A stretch of 64,000 nucleotides of DNA from Bacillota bacterium (GTDB lineage: Bacteria; Macinerneyibacteriota; Macinerneyibacteria; Macinerneyibacteriales; DSCS01). The notes beneath the pieces are model-generated. The model was not told where the DNA came from. It worked only from the letters and a program-made list of their open reading frames with translations, and did no database searches. How positions within the stretch are numbered: the first letter of the stretch is position 1; every line of letters starts with the position of its first letter. Both the position numbers and the translations under genes were made by a program. Of this stretch, positions 50,201 through 60,540 are shown piece after piece. The DNA lies in assembly GCA_011048995.1 (NCBI GenBank), contig DSCS01000026.1:2765-66764 (forward strand), read 5' to 3'.

Positions 50201-52534
50201 ATGAAGACAATCAATGCAGAAAAATTAGAATTTAATGATGTCCTGGAAAAAGCGAAAGCCCTTATGCTCTCCGAGAGAGCTCGGGCCATAGCGGATGAGA
50301 CTCTCTTTTCCTGTGACAGCGAAGATGTGCTCTCCCGCCTGGATCTTGTGGAAGAGGGACTGGCTCTTTATCTTGAAAAAGATGATTTTGAGATTCGATC
50401 CCTTCATGATGTCTCTGTTCTTCTCACTGATATTGAAAAAGGCCTGACCTTTCACCGGCCGGAGGAGTATAAACAAGTTCAGCTTCTTTTGGAAGAAAGC
50501 CGGCGCTTGGGCCTTTTTTTGAAAAAACTCCCGGACCGATGGCCGCGGATCAGAGATTACGGTTACGGATTGTCATCTTTTGACGCTATCATCTCATTTA
50601 TTGATAAGCGCATAGATGATCAGGGACAGATTCGGGACAATGCCACTTCGGAATTAAAAAGATTGAAACAGCAGCAGAGCACCCTCACGCGGCGGACAGA
50701 ACAGGAACTGGGGCGGCTGTTGAAACAGTACGGAGAAGGAGACATCCTTCAGGAAGACTTTTATACGACACGGAATGACCGTTTTGTGATTCCCGTGAAG
50801 GCCTCTTCTGCAAAAAAAGTACGCGGCATCGTTCAGGGAGGGTCCGGAAGCGGGAACACTGTTTTTATGGAACCCATGAGCCTTATCGCTTTAAACAATG
50901 AAGCTGCCGAGACCCGCTATGCCATTGAAGAGGAAGAGCGGCGAATTTTAAAAGAGATCGGACATATCATCGCCCGGGAAATCAGGGAGGTTAAAAACAG
51001 CGCAGAGAATCTCTATTTTTTGGATTTTTTATTGGGAAAAATCAAATACGCCTCATTGACAAACAGTATCAAACCGCGCCTGAACAGCCGGGGAGAGATC
51101 GATATTATCAGGGGCCGTCATCCCCTTTTAGACCCCCGGCAATGCGTGCCCATTGATCTGTGGATCAAAAACGGCAAAAAAGGGTTGATCATCACCGGAC
51201 CCAATGCCGGAGGGAAAAGCGTGTCTCTGAAGACGATCGGACTTTTCACTCTCATGGCTATGTACGGGCTTCTGATTCCTGCAGACAAAGGGACGATGCT
51301 TTCTCTTTTTGAGGAGATCTTCGTTGATATCGGTGATTTTCAAAGTATTCGGGAGAATCTTTCCACCTTTTCCGGACATATCAGAAATTTGAAAAGATTT
51401 GCCCGGGAGGTCAATGGGTCTACCCTGATTCTCCTGGATGAAGTCGGTGTGGGGACAGATCCTGAAGAGGGCGCAGCTTTGGCCCTTTCCCTTATCAATC
51501 ATTTTCTGGATAAAGGTGCTGTGGTCGCTGTAACCACTCATTACAATGCTCTGAAACGGCATTCCATGGATGACCCCCGTCTTGAAAATGCCTCCTGCCT
51601 TTTCGACTATGATCGGCTGGAGCCTCTTTATTCTATCAAAGTCGGCATCCCCGGATCCAGTAACGGGTTATTGGTTGCCGGGAAATTGGGTATGCCGGAT
51701 GCTATCATCAATAAGGCTAAAGAGCTGATGAGCCGGGATACAGTGCGCTTGGAAGAGATCATCTTCAAATTGGAAAAGGAACTTTCCCAGGCCGAGCAGC
51801 TTAAAAAAAACTTACAGATTGAGAATAAGGATTTACAGGAGAAAATGGCTTTTTATGAACAAGAACTGAAAAAGATTACAGATAAAAGAAACAGGAAAAA
51901 ACTGGAATCATTAGCTGATTTTGAGAGCGAATTCCATCATATCCGTGATGAAGTCAAGGATGTCCTGAAAACCTTTCGTGAAAACCGGGGAGAAGAGGCG
52001 GCGGTCCTCAAAAAAAAGAAGGAATTGGAAAAGGCTTTAACGAAGATCAACAGAGAGCGGGACCGGGTCGAAGCCAAAATGGAGAAAATTGAGAACCCTC
52101 AAAAAGGAGAAAAGGTGTTTTTGGAAAAATTCGGGGTAGCAGGCCGCATTCTGGGCTATGATCAACGGAAAAATGAATATGGGATCGATTGCAATGGCAT
52201 GGTGCTGCGCGTACCCGTTCAGCAAATGATCGGTTATCGTGTGAAAGAAAAAAAAGAATCCGAACCCCCTGTGCAGGTCGTGATCGAGACCCACCCAAAA
52301 TTCACAGGCCGGGAGCTGGTTCTTGTGGGGATGAGGGCAGAAGAGGCCTTGGAGCGGTTAGAGGATTTTTTGCCTTATGCCGTTATGAAAGGATATGATA
52401 CGATAAAGATCATTCACGGGGTCGGGACCGGACGTCTTAGAGACGCTGTCCAGGATTATTTAAGGAAAAGCCCGGTCCCTCAAAAGTTTTATGATGAATC
52501 TTCCCGCGGCGTTGCTACGATTGTCGAACTTTGA
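50201..52534 (+). CDS. mutS2: Endonuclease MutS2 (MutS domains plus C-terminal Smr)
   Basis: Walker A GPNAGGKSVSLKT, C-terminal Smr (LVLVGMRAEEALERL...IIHGVGTGRLR). 777 aa. Confidence 0.9.
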   Translation: MKTINAEKLEFNDVLEKAKALMLSERARAIADETLFSCDSEDVLSRLDLVEEGLALYLEKDDFEIRSLHDVSVLLTDIEKGLTFHRPEEYKQVQLLLEESRRLGLFLKKLPDRWPRIRDYGYGLSSFDAIISFIDKRIDDQGQIRDNATSELKRLKQQQSTLTRRTEQELGRLLKQYGEGDILQEDFYTTRNDRFVIPVKASSAKKVRGIVQGGSGSGNTVFMEPMSLIALNNEAAETRYAIEEEERRILKEIGHIIAREIREVKNSAENLYFLDFLLGKIKYASLTNSIKPRLNSRGEIDIIRGRHPLLDPRQCVPIDLWIKNGKKGLIITGPNAGGKSVSLKTIGLFTLMAMYGLLIPADKGTMLSLFEEIFVDIGDFQSIRENLSTFSGHIRNLKRFAREVNGSTLILLDEVGVGTDPEEGAALALSLINHFLDKGAVVAVTTHYNALKRHSMDDPRLENASCLFDYDRLEPLYSIKVGIPGSSNGLLVAGKLGMPDAIINKAKELMSRDTVRLEEIIFKLEKELSQAEQLKKNLQIENKDLQEKMAFYEQELKKITDKRNRKKLESLADFESEFHHIRDEVKDVLKTFRENRGEEAAVLKKKKELEKALTKINRERDRVEAKMEKIENPQKGEKVFLEKFGVAGRILGYDQRKNEYGIDCNGMVLRVPVQQMIGYRVKEKKESEPPVQVVIETHPKFTGRELVLVGMRAEEALERLEDFLPYAVMKGYDTIKIIHGVGTGRLRDAVQDYLRKSPVPQKFYDESSRGVATIVEL

Positions 52535-52771
52535 CCGGCTGTATTCACGCTCCCTTTTAAATTTTTATTGACAGAAAAGGACTCTTCCTTTATATATATC
52601 TTTGAAGGTGGTTTATAAAATTAAGTGCTTGAACGGAAAAGCAGTATAATATTTAGCACCGAGGGGGTTTTGGATGAAATTAATTTATCATTTTTTATCT
52701 GAACAATCCCATGGGCAGATAGGGGACACGGTTATCAGCTGATTTATTAACTTCAGGGGAGGTTCGGGACC

Positions 52772-54940
52772 ATGGAGAATCATTTTTTGTTTTTGATGGC
52801 GCCTTTGGGAGCTGTCGCAGCACTTCTCTTCGCTTTTATTTTTTTCCGCAACATGAAAAAAGAGGATCCGGGAAATGAGAGGATGCAGACGATTGCCGGC
52901 TATGTCAAAGAGGGAGCCCAAGCCTATTTAAGGCAACAATACCGTGTTGTTGCGCTTTTCTTTCTTGCGGCTTTTCTCTTCTTTCTCTTGTTGGCTTTTG
53001 TCGTGAAAGTCCAATCTCCGTGGGTGCCCTTTGCCTTCGTTTCAGGCGGCTTTTTCTCTGCGCTGGCGGGCTATATAGGGATGAAGACAGCGACCATGGC
53101 ATCCGTACGCACCGCTCAGGCAGCGCGGACATCCTTGAACAAAGCCCTGCAGGTCGCTTTTCGAAGCGGCTCTGTCATGGGATTGACTGTCGTCGGGTTG
53201 GCGTTGATCTATATTACCGGATGGTTCTCTTTCCTCTATTATGTCATCCGCCTTCCCCTGGCTCAGGTGACTTCTGTCATGCTCTCTTTCGGTATCGGGG
53301 CTTCTGCTCAGGCCCTCTTCGCCCGTGTCGGAGGGGGGATTTATACTAAAGCCGCCGATGTCGGGGCTGATCTTGTAGGGAAATTTGAAGCGGGCATCCC
53401 CGAAGACGATCCCCGTAACCCTGCAGCTATAGCCGATAATGTCGGAGATAATGTCGGTGATGTCGCCGGGATGGGAGCTGACCTCTATGAATCATACAGC
53501 GGCTCGATTTTAGCTGCTGCAGCTTTAGGTGTAGCTTCAGGCTTTGCTTTTCGTGGAGCCATTCTTCCCATGCTTATTGCCGGCGGAGGAATTCTGCTCT
53601 CTATTATCGGGATCTTTCTGATACGGGTCAAAGAAGGGGCCGATCAAAACCAACTGTTAAGGGCCATTAACCGGGGGATTTATGCCAGCGCACTTTTAAT
53701 GGTGATCTTCTCTTTTTTGCTGGTTAAAGCTCTTGTGCCTCAAAATTTCGGATTTTTCTGGGCCATTGTCATCGGGTTGGGAGTAGGTATTGTCATCGGA
53801 AAAGCTACAGAATATTTCACTTCCTGTGCGTATAATCCGACAAAACGAATCGCCGGCCATGCAGAAACCGGTGCTGCAACCGAGATTATCAGCGGGATCG
53901 GAGTCGGCATGATCTCAACGGTGATTCCCGTATTGGCTATCGGCTTTTGTATTCTTCTTAGCTATCTCCTTTCGGGAGGGCTTGGTTTTCCCGCGCAGGG
54001 TCTGTATGGTGTCGCATTGGCCTCTGTCGGTATGCTTTCCACCTTAGGGATTACCATGGCGACGGACGCTTACGGCCCCATTGCCGATAATGCCGGCGGG
54101 AATGCGGAAATGAGCCGACTTCCCCATGAAGTCCGTGAACGGACGGACGCCCTGGATTCTCTGGGGAACACGACTGCCGCCACAGGCAAAGGCTATGCCA
54201 TTGGATCGGCGGCATTAACGGCCCTGGCTCTTATCGCAGCCTATGTCGAGGAGATCCGCGCCGTATGGATCCACCTGATTGAAAGCGGACGGTTTGCTGA
54301 AACCATCATGATCTATGATAAAGTCATCGCGGTCAAGGATGCGACTATGGCCGACCTTATGATCTTTTACCAGGTGACCCTATCTAACCCCATGGTGATA
54401 ATCGGGCTCTTTATCGGAGCGATGCTCTGTTTCGCTTTCAGCGGGTTGACGATGAATGCTGTGGGGCGCTCCGCCGGGAAAATGGTGGATGAAGTGCGCC
54501 GGCAATTTTTGGAGATCACAGGTATTATGGAAGGCAAAGCCGAGCCTGATTATGCCTCCTGTGTCTTAATCAGCACTAAGGCCGCTCAACAAGAGATGAT
54601 GCTGCCTTCTCTTTTAGCTATTATTGTTCCTGTGGGCGTCGGGCTTGTCTTGGGTGTAGCCGGAGTCATGGGGCTTCTTGTCGGGGCTTTGACGACAGGG
54701 TTTGTATTGGCTGTCTTTATGGCCAATTCCGGCGGGGCTTGGGACAATGCTAAAAAGTTTATTGAAACCGGTGCCGGTGGCGGAAAAGGAAGCGCAGCCC
54801 ATAAAGCTTCTATCATCGGGGATACTGTGGGGGATCCGTTCAAGGATACATCGGGTCCGAGCCTGAATATTCTCATCAAACTGATGAGCATGATCTCTCT
54901 GGTGGTCGCGGGATTAGTCGTTGTCTATCACATTTTCTAA
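52772..54940 (+). CDS. hppA: Membrane-bound pyrophosphate-energised cation pump (K+-dependent type)
   Basis: 722 aa, about 16 [12 protein letters not shown] motif (Ala at the K+-dependence position), DNAGG motifs. Confidence 0.88.
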   Translation: MENHFLFLMAPLGAVAALLFAFIFFRNMKKEDPGNERMQTIAGYVKEGAQAYLRQQYRVVALFFLAAFLFFLLLAFVVKVQSPWVPFAFVSGGFFSALAGYIGMKTATMASVRTAQAARTSLNKALQVAFRSGSVMGLTVVGLALIYITGWFSFLYYVIRLPLAQVTSVMLSFGIGASAQALFARVGGGIYTKAADVGADLVGKFEAGIPEDDPRNPAAIADNVGDNVGDVAGMGADLYESYSGSILAAAALGVASGFAFRGAILPMLIAGGGILLSIIGIFLIRVKEGADQNQLLRAINRGIYASALLMVIFSFLLVKALVPQNFGFFWAIVIGLGVGIVIGKATEYFTSCAYNPTKRIAGHAETGAATEIISGIGVGMISTVIPVLAIGFCILLSYLLSGGLGFPAQGLYGVALASVGMLSTLGITMATDAYGPIADNAGGNAEMSRLPHEVRERTDALDSLGNTTAATGKGYAIGSAALTALALIAAYVEEIRAVWIHLIESGRFAETIMIYDKVIAVKDATMADLMIFYQVTLSNPMVIIGLFIGAMLCFAFSGLTMNAVGRSAGKMVDEVRRQFLEITGIMEGKAEPDYASCVLISTKAAQQEMMLPSLLAIIVPVGVGLVLGVAGVMGLLVGALTTGFVLAVFMANSGGAWDNAKKFIETGAGGGKGSAAHKASIIGDTVGDPFKDTSGPSLNILIKLMSMISLVVAGLVVVYHIF

Positions 54941-54977
54941 AAAGAGAGAGCTTCGGCTCTCTCTTTTTCTTTGACCT

Positions 54978-56099
54978 TTGATTGATTTTCGTTATACTTT
55001 TTCCATGATACGTAAATTGTTTTTCCTTATCATTTTATTGCCTCTTTTCATCGGAGTTGTCACGGCTGCCGGCTCAGTAGAATATTACAGGGCCCGTGTC
55101 ATGGAAGTGATGAGTGAAGAAGAGATCCCGGAGCTTCCCGGCGAGCATCTTATCCGTCAGGTTCTGATTATCCGCCTCGGACAGGGTCCTGATAAGGGCG
55201 AAATGGTGAAGATGACTTTGGATTATTCTCCACAAAGTTCTCTGGAAACGGGCCTGAAAAAAGGAGACCGGATCGTTATTTCATCGGGAAGTGGCGGATA
55301 TGAGTTCTACAGCTATGACAGAAGCATCGGTCTTGTTGTCTTGATCCTTCTCTTTTTCGCAGCCGCTCTTGCTATCGGCCGCCGCAAGGGGGTCAGGGCT
55401 TTAGCCGGCTTGCTTATCACCCTTGTGGTTGTGTTCAAAGTCTTTATCCCCCTTCTCTTTGCCGGAGTGCCTGTCATTGTATTGACGCTTTTTACAGCGA
55501 TTCTTATCAGCCTTTTTACTTTGCTGATACTGAATGGGTTGACCCTGAAAACATTGGCCGCCTTCTCCGGTGTTTTTGCAGGGCTGACAGCTGCAGGATG
55601 TGTCGCTTTTGTGTTCCAGAAGGCCATGTATCTTTCCGGACTCTCATTGACAGATGCGCAGATGCTGAGATATATGCCGCAGCAGGACGGTTTGTCATTA
55701 GAAGGATTGCTCTTTGCAGGAATCGTTCTTGGAGCCCTGGGAGCGGTCATGGACGTTGGTGTCGAGTTGGCGTCATCGATGAATGAGATCAAACAGGCTG
55801 CCCCGGGCATCCTTTTTGGGCAGCATATAAAGTCCGGGATGAATGTGGGGCGGGATATTATCGGAACGATGACCAACACACTCATTTTGGCTTATGCGGG
55901 GGCTTCTCTTCCGCTCCTTCTTTTGTTCAATGCCTATCAATGGCCTCTTTTACGAACCATCAATCTGGATCTTATTGCTTCAGAGATCCTCCGGGGGCTT
56001 GCCGGCAGCATCGGCCTTATGATCACCGTTCCGGCCACTGTTTTTGTGTCAGCGTTTGTTTTTAAGAATCAGGCCCCGGGCCGGGCGAAAGAGAAGTAA
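54978..56099 (+). CDS. Hypothetical polytopic membrane protein (possibly YibE/F-like). Start uncertain
   Basis: N-terminal signal/anchor, then a soluble domain of about 90 aa, then about 7 TM. No motif I can name with confidence. Confidence 0.4.
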   Translation: MIDFRYTFSMIRKLFFLIILLPLFIGVVTAAGSVEYYRARVMEVMSEEEIPELPGEHLIRQVLIIRLGQGPDKGEMVKMTLDYSPQSSLETGLKKGDRIVISSGSGGYEFYSYDRSIGLVVLILLFFAAALAIGRRKGVRALAGLLITLVVVFKVFIPLLFAGVPVIVLTLFTAILISLFTLLILNGLTLKTLAAFSGVFAGLTAAGCVAFVFQKAMYLSGLSLTDAQMLRYMPQQDGLSLEGLLFAGIVLGALGAVMDVGVELASSMNEIKQAAPGILFGQHIKSGMNVGRDIIGTMTNTLILAYAGASLPLLLLFNAYQWPLLRTINLDLIASEILRGLAGSIGLMITVPATVFVSAFVFKNQAPGRAKEK

Positions 56100-56156
56100 C
56101 GATATTTCTTGAAATGAAGAGAGGCTTTGGTATAATCAGGGCACTGAGGAGGATAA

Positions 56157-56993
56157 ATGAAAAAAATCACTGTGATGATCGTCCCTCCGGGGAGTTCAAA
56201 GATATTCAAGCTGCAGCTTAACAAACTGCTTTTTGTCCTCATGGTCGTCCTTCTTTTGGGCATCCTGATCTACAGCGGGTGGATGATTTTTAATTTCTCC
56301 ACTTATATTTATGAAAAAGAGAAAAACAAGACATTAGCTGCGCGCTATGACCTTCTTGTCAAAGAAAGAGAAGCAGACAAAAAAAAACTGGAAAAGATCC
56401 GCAAAGACCTTTCGGAAATGGAAACGCTGCTGGGAAAGATTTCTAATCTTATCGGCGTGGATGTTGCAATGGACATTCGTCCCGAAGACCAGTTTGACGA
56501 GTCAGATTATGAAACGAAATGGATCGGCGATACCCTTAAGGAATATAATTATATTTCCAGGGACAGTTTCCTCAGGCTCTCCACGCCGGCTTTTATTCCC
56601 GTGAACGGATGGATCTCATCCCGCTTTGATTATCGGCAATCACCCTTTACTTCAGAACAGCTTTTCCATTACGGCGTCGATATTATTGCTCCTCAGGGAC
56701 GTATTATCCGTGCAGCCGCCGACGGCATTGTGGCTAACATCAGAGATGATGAAGTTTTGGGGAAAGTCATTTATATCTATCATCGATGGGGATATGTGTC
56801 TCTTTATGGTCACACGCGCAAAGCCTTTAAAGCGGTGGGGGACAAAGTGACCATGGGGGAAGCGATCGGTGAAGTCGGTGTGACCGGCCGTACAACCGGA
56901 CCTCATCTTCATTTTCAGATTGATTTGTTGAATGTTCCCGTAAACCCCGAAATATCGGGGATGAAGATAGCCAATAAGACTCTCATACAATAA
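56157..56993 (+). CDS. M23 (LytM-type) peptidase with N-terminal TM anchor and coiled coil
   Basis: HYGVDIIAPQG...HTRK...GEVGVTGRTTGPHLHFQ Zn-binding M23 signature. Confidence 0.85.
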   Translation: MKKITVMIVPPGSSKIFKLQLNKLLFVLMVVLLLGILIYSGWMIFNFSTYIYEKEKNKTLAARYDLLVKEREADKKKLEKIRKDLSEMETLLGKISNLIGVDVAMDIRPEDQFDESDYETKWIGDTLKEYNYISRDSFLRLSTPAFIPVNGWISSRFDYRQSPFTSEQLFHYGVDIIAPQGRIIRAAADGIVANIRDDEVLGKVIYIYHRWGYVSLYGHTRKAFKAVGDKVTMGEAIGEVGVTGRTTGPHLHFQIDLLNVPVNPEISGMKIANKTLIQ

Positions 56994-57006
56994 ACAGGAG
57001 GAAAAA

Positions 57007-57339
57007 ATGGCAGAGAAAACATTTGAGATGAACACGATCCTTGGAGAAAACTCGACATATGAAGGGACACTGAATGTGAAAGGCAGCCTGCGTATTGAAG
57101 GCAATTTTAACGGAGAGCTCAACGCTGATTCCCTGGTCATCGGAAAAAAGGCCAAAGTCCATGCGGATATCAAAGCCCCTTCGATCATTGTCGGTGGAGT
57201 CGTTGAAGGCAACATTTCTGAAAACAAGCAATTGACCCTTCAGTCCACCGGACGAATCGTCGGAGACGTGCAAACTGAAAAACTGAGTGTGGAAGAAGGG
57301 GCGGTCCTTCATGGTAAATGTAATATGACTGCAAAATGA
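57007..57339 (+). CDS. Bactofilin (CcmA-like cytoskeletal beta-helix protein)
   Basis: 110 aa. Repetitive beta-helical (G.V.G.I.G-type) bactofilin repeats (GSLRIEGNFNGELNADSLVIGKKAKVHADIKAPSIIVGGVVEGNI). Confidence 0.75.
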   Translation: MAEKTFEMNTILGENSTYEGTLNVKGSLRIEGNFNGELNADSLVIGKKAKVHADIKAPSIIVGGVVEGNISENKQLTLQSTGRIVGDVQTEKLSVEEGAVLHGKCNMTAK

Positions 57340-57343
57340 TAAG

Positions 57344-57592
57344 ATGAGGACGGAGATAAAGTATTTTGCCCTTTTCTCCCAAATCAGTTTTGTCGTTGTG
57401 CTTTCTATTATCCTGTTCCTTTATTTTGGTATATGGCTGGATAAAAGGCTTTTCGGAGACAGCGGGATTTTTACTCTGTTAGGCCTTTTTCTCGGCTTGA
57501 GCTCCGCCGGGTATAACACCTACAAAATTTTTAACCGTTTTCTTCATGAAGTGGAAAAGGATGAAGAGAAAAGAAACAAAAAAAAAGCTTGA
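57344..57592 (+). CDS. AtpZ-like small membrane protein (F-ATPase operon gene 1 family)
   Basis: 82 aa, 2 TM, first gene of atp operon. Confidence 0.5.
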   Translation: MRTEIKYFALFSQISFVVVLSIILFLYFGIWLDKRLFGDSGIFTLLGLFLGLSSAGYNTYKIFNRFLHEVEKDEEKRNKKKA

Positions 57593-57636
57593 AGTGATAA
57601 ACGGAACGGTTATCATCGTCAAAGCAAAGGGGGACG

Positions 57637-58017
57637 ATGACGGATTATAACATGATGAAAATGCTTTTAGGGAAGATCCTGCTTTTCATAACGCTCATTG
57701 TGACTGTCCTGCTTTATATCATATTTTCCGCCCCTATCGCCTTCGGCTTTGCCGTGGGAGTTCTCGGCATGCTCCTCCATTGGCGTCTCTTAGCTTATCA
57801 AAATGAGCAGGCGGTGCAAAAGAAAAAAGGGACCGGTTTTGTTTACGGATTTGTCTTTTTCCGCTATGCATTGCTGGCGGCTCTTTTAGTGGGTGCTTTT
57901 TTGGCGGACCGGATAAGCGGCCCCATGGCTTTGGCCGGGCTGTTGTTTTCACAGCTGTATATTTTCGTTTTTGCCCTTATTATATCCAACAGAGAAAGGG
58001 GAAAAGGAAATGAGTGA
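57637..58017 (+). CDS. atpI: ATP synthase protein I
   Basis: 126 aa, 4 TM, immediately upstream of atpB. Confidence 0.6.
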   Translation: MTDYNMMKMLLGKILLFITLIVTVLLYIIFSAPIAFGFAVGVLGMLLHWRLLAYQNEQAVQKKKGTGFVYGFVFFRYALLAALLVGAFLADRISGPMALAGLLFSQLYIFVFALIISNRERGKGNE

Positions 58018-58708
58018 TATCGGTGTTATCCGAACGGTTTCCTTTGACCTGGGTCCGCTGCATATTGTCTTTAATCCCTTGACTGTCATCATGACATGGA
58101 TCGTCATCGCCGTTATTCTGATCCTTTTTATCTGGTTTTCACGTAAAAGGGAGCGTATTCCGGGCCGAAGACAGGCGGCTGTGGAAATGATCATTGAGAT
58201 GTTTGACGACCTTGTCGCCGAGACCATAGGCAAAGATCATCGCCGCTATTTGCCTCTTGTCCTTACGATTTTTATTTTTGTCCTCTTCTCTAACTGGACC
58301 GGAGTGATCCCTCTTCTGCAAGAGCCGACCAAGGATTTAAATACTCCGCTGGGATTAGCGCTGGTGGTCTTTTTGGTGACCCATTTTTCAGGAGTCAAAT
58401 ATAACGGGATCTTTAAATACCTGAAAAGTTTTTTTGAGCCTATAGCCGTTCTGTTTCCCATTAATGTTGTCGGAGAACTAGGGAAATTCGTGGCACTCTT
58501 TTTTCGTCTTTTCGGGAATATTTTCGGCGGATCTGTCATCATATGGGTCGCTTATACTATGCTGATGCCCAGCTGGTGGACGCGATGGATCATGCTGGCT
58601 TTGGGGCCTTTTATGGCGGCTTTTTTCGGCCTCTTTGTGGGGTTGATTCAAGCCTTCGTTTTTATGATGCTGTCCATGACTTATATTGCCGTGGCGAAAA
58701 ACCAATAG
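58010..58708 (+). CDS. atpB: F0 a subunit (start at ATG 58010, MSDIGVIR)
   Basis: Conserved Arg in [21 protein letters not shown]. Confidence 0.88.
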   Translation: MSDIGVIRTVSFDLGPLHIVFNPLTVIMTWIVIAVILILFIWFSRKRERIPGRRQAAVEMIIEMFDDLVAETIGKDHRRYLPLVLTIFIFVLFSNWTGVIPLLQEPTKDLNTPLGLALVVFLVTHFSGVKYNGIFKYLKSFFEPIAVLFPINVVGELGKFVALFFRLFGNIFGGSVIIWVAYTMLMPSWWTRWIMLALGPFMAAFFGLFVGLIQAFVFMMLSMTYIAVAKNQ

Positions 58709-58715
58709 GAGGACG

Positions 58716-59189
58716 ATGAACTGGATCGAGATCATCACCATGCTGAGTGCCGGGATCGCCATGGGTTTAGGGGCGATCGGATCCGGAATCGGAGAAGGTT
58801 ATGCGGCCGGAAAAGCAGTGGAAGCCGCCTCCCGCCAGCCCGGAGTATCCGACAAGATCATGAAGACGATGCTTATCGGGCAGGCCGTAGCTGAGTCCAC
58901 CGGGATCTATTCTTTGGTCGTGGCCCTGCTTCTTCTCTTTGCTGCGCCCAAGGATGTCGGGTTGGTCAAGGCCATGGCTTTGCTGGGAGCCGGTTTTGCC
59001 ATGGGGTTCGGCGCTATCGGCCCCGGATTAGGCGAAGGGTATGCTGCCGGTAAAGGCGTCGAAGGTATAGGAAGAAGCCCCCATGAAGAGGGGAATGTGT
59101 TCCGTGTCATGTTGATCGGCCAGGCGGTTTCGGAATCCACTGGGATCTATTCCCTGGTTGTCGCCTTGCTTTTAATATTTGTCGTATAA
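58716..59189 (+). CDS. atpE: F0 c subunit, fused tandem double-hairpin form (two complete c-subunit repeats, each with an ion-binding carboxylate)
   Basis: 157 aa. Two repeats of G.GEGYAAGK...MLIGQAV(A/S)[14 protein letters not shown]. Confidence 0.85.
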   Translation: MNWIEIITMLSAGIAMGLGAIGSGIGEGYAAGKAVEAASRQPGVSDKIMKTMLIGQAVAESTGIYSLVVALLLLFAAPKDVGLVKAMALLGAGFAMGFGAIGPGLGEGYAAGKGVEGIGRSPHEEGNVFRVMLIGQAVSESTGIYSLVVALLLIFVV

Positions 59190-59192
59190 TAA

Positions 59193-59498
<306 letters not shown>

Positions 59499-59513
59499 AG
59501 GAGATTACTGCGT

Positions 59514-60002
59514 ATGAATGTCAACTGGACGCTGATCTTCCAAGCTATCAGCTTTCTTATTCTCCTTTTTTTACTGAAAAAGATGGTCTATCAAAGAGTT
59601 TTGGAGACCCTGGATAAAAGAAAGGCTGATATTGCCGGTGATATCGAAGCTGCCCGGAATATGAGGGAAGAAGCCCAAAAGATCAAATCTGATTACCAAT
59701 CCCTTATGGATCAGGCCCGGTCCCGCGGAGAAGAGATGCGCAAAGAGATCATCGAAGCGGCGCAAAAAGAAAAAGAATCGATCATAAAAACCGCTGAAAA
59801 AGAAGGAGATCGTCTTCGGCAAAAAGCAGAAAAAGATCTGGCTCTGCAAATCAAAAAAGCTCAAGAGGAGCTAAGAAATGAAGTTGCCGGACTTTCCGTG
59901 GGATTAGCGTCAAAGATCCTTGAAGCGGAAATCGACAGAAAAAAGCATGATGATCTGGTTGAGCGTTTTTTATCAAAAGTCGGTGATGTGATTGAGAGCT
60001 GA
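59514..60002 (+). CDS. atpF: F0 b subunit
   Basis: N-terminal TM plus long charged helix. 162 aa. Confidence 0.85.
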   Translation: MNVNWTLIFQAISFLILLFLLKKMVYQRVLETLDKRKADIAGDIEAARNMREEAQKIKSDYQSLMDQARSRGEEMRKEIIEAAQKEKESIIKTAEKEGDRLRQKAEKDLALQIKKAQEELRNEVAGLSVGLASKILEAEIDRKKHDDLVERFLSKVGDVIES

Positions 60003-60540
60003 TCCTGTCATTCATAAATATGCCAGGGCACTTTTTCATGCCGCAATGGAAAAAAACGCGGCTGAAAAGATCACGGAACTTTTACAGATCCTCAGCCGTG
60101 CTCTTCAGATATCGCCGGAGCTTTCCGGTTTTCTTTTGAATCCGGAAATTTCCGGGAACAAGAAAATCGATGTGATGAAAAAGATTGCCGGGCAGAAAGA
60201 AGAATCCGACGATCTGTTTCGTGATTTTTTGAAATTGCTTCTGTCCAGAGGACGTTTGTCGCTTTTGCCGGATATGGCCGGAGCTTTTCAGGAGCTGTAC
60301 CGTGAAGCAAAGGGGGAGATCGATCTTCTTGTGACGACTCCATTTGCCTTGTCCAAAGAACAAAAGAGTGCGTTAATAGAGGCTATTGAGAAGTTTCGGC
60401 CAGGTAAAAAAATCTGCCTTCGTGAAGAAGCAGACAAAAGCCTCTTGGGGGGGCTGAGAATAGAGTTCGAAGGGAAGATTTACGATGGAACCGTGGCCGG
60501 TTGGCTCAAGAAAAGTGAACATGTGTTGAAGGGTGAGTGA
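59992..60540 (+). CDS. atpH: F1 delta subunit (OSCP). Apparent TTG start overlapping the atpF stop
   Basis: [18 protein letters not shown]-terminus. 182 aa. Confidence 0.8.
   Translation: MRADPVIHKYARALFHAAMEKNAAEKITELLQILSRALQISPELSGFLLNPEISGNKKIDVMKKIAGQKEESDDLFRDFLKLLLSRGRLSLLPDMAGAFQELYREAKGEIDLLVTTPFALSKEQKSALIEAIEKFRPGKKICLREEADKSLLGGLRIEFEGKIYDGTVAGWLKKSEHVLKGE

Noticed and set aside
52535-52771. Possible structured ncRNA or riboswitch in the long hppA leader
   Set aside because: I could not recognise any known riboswitch consensus by eye. Retained only as a comment within the PPase finding.
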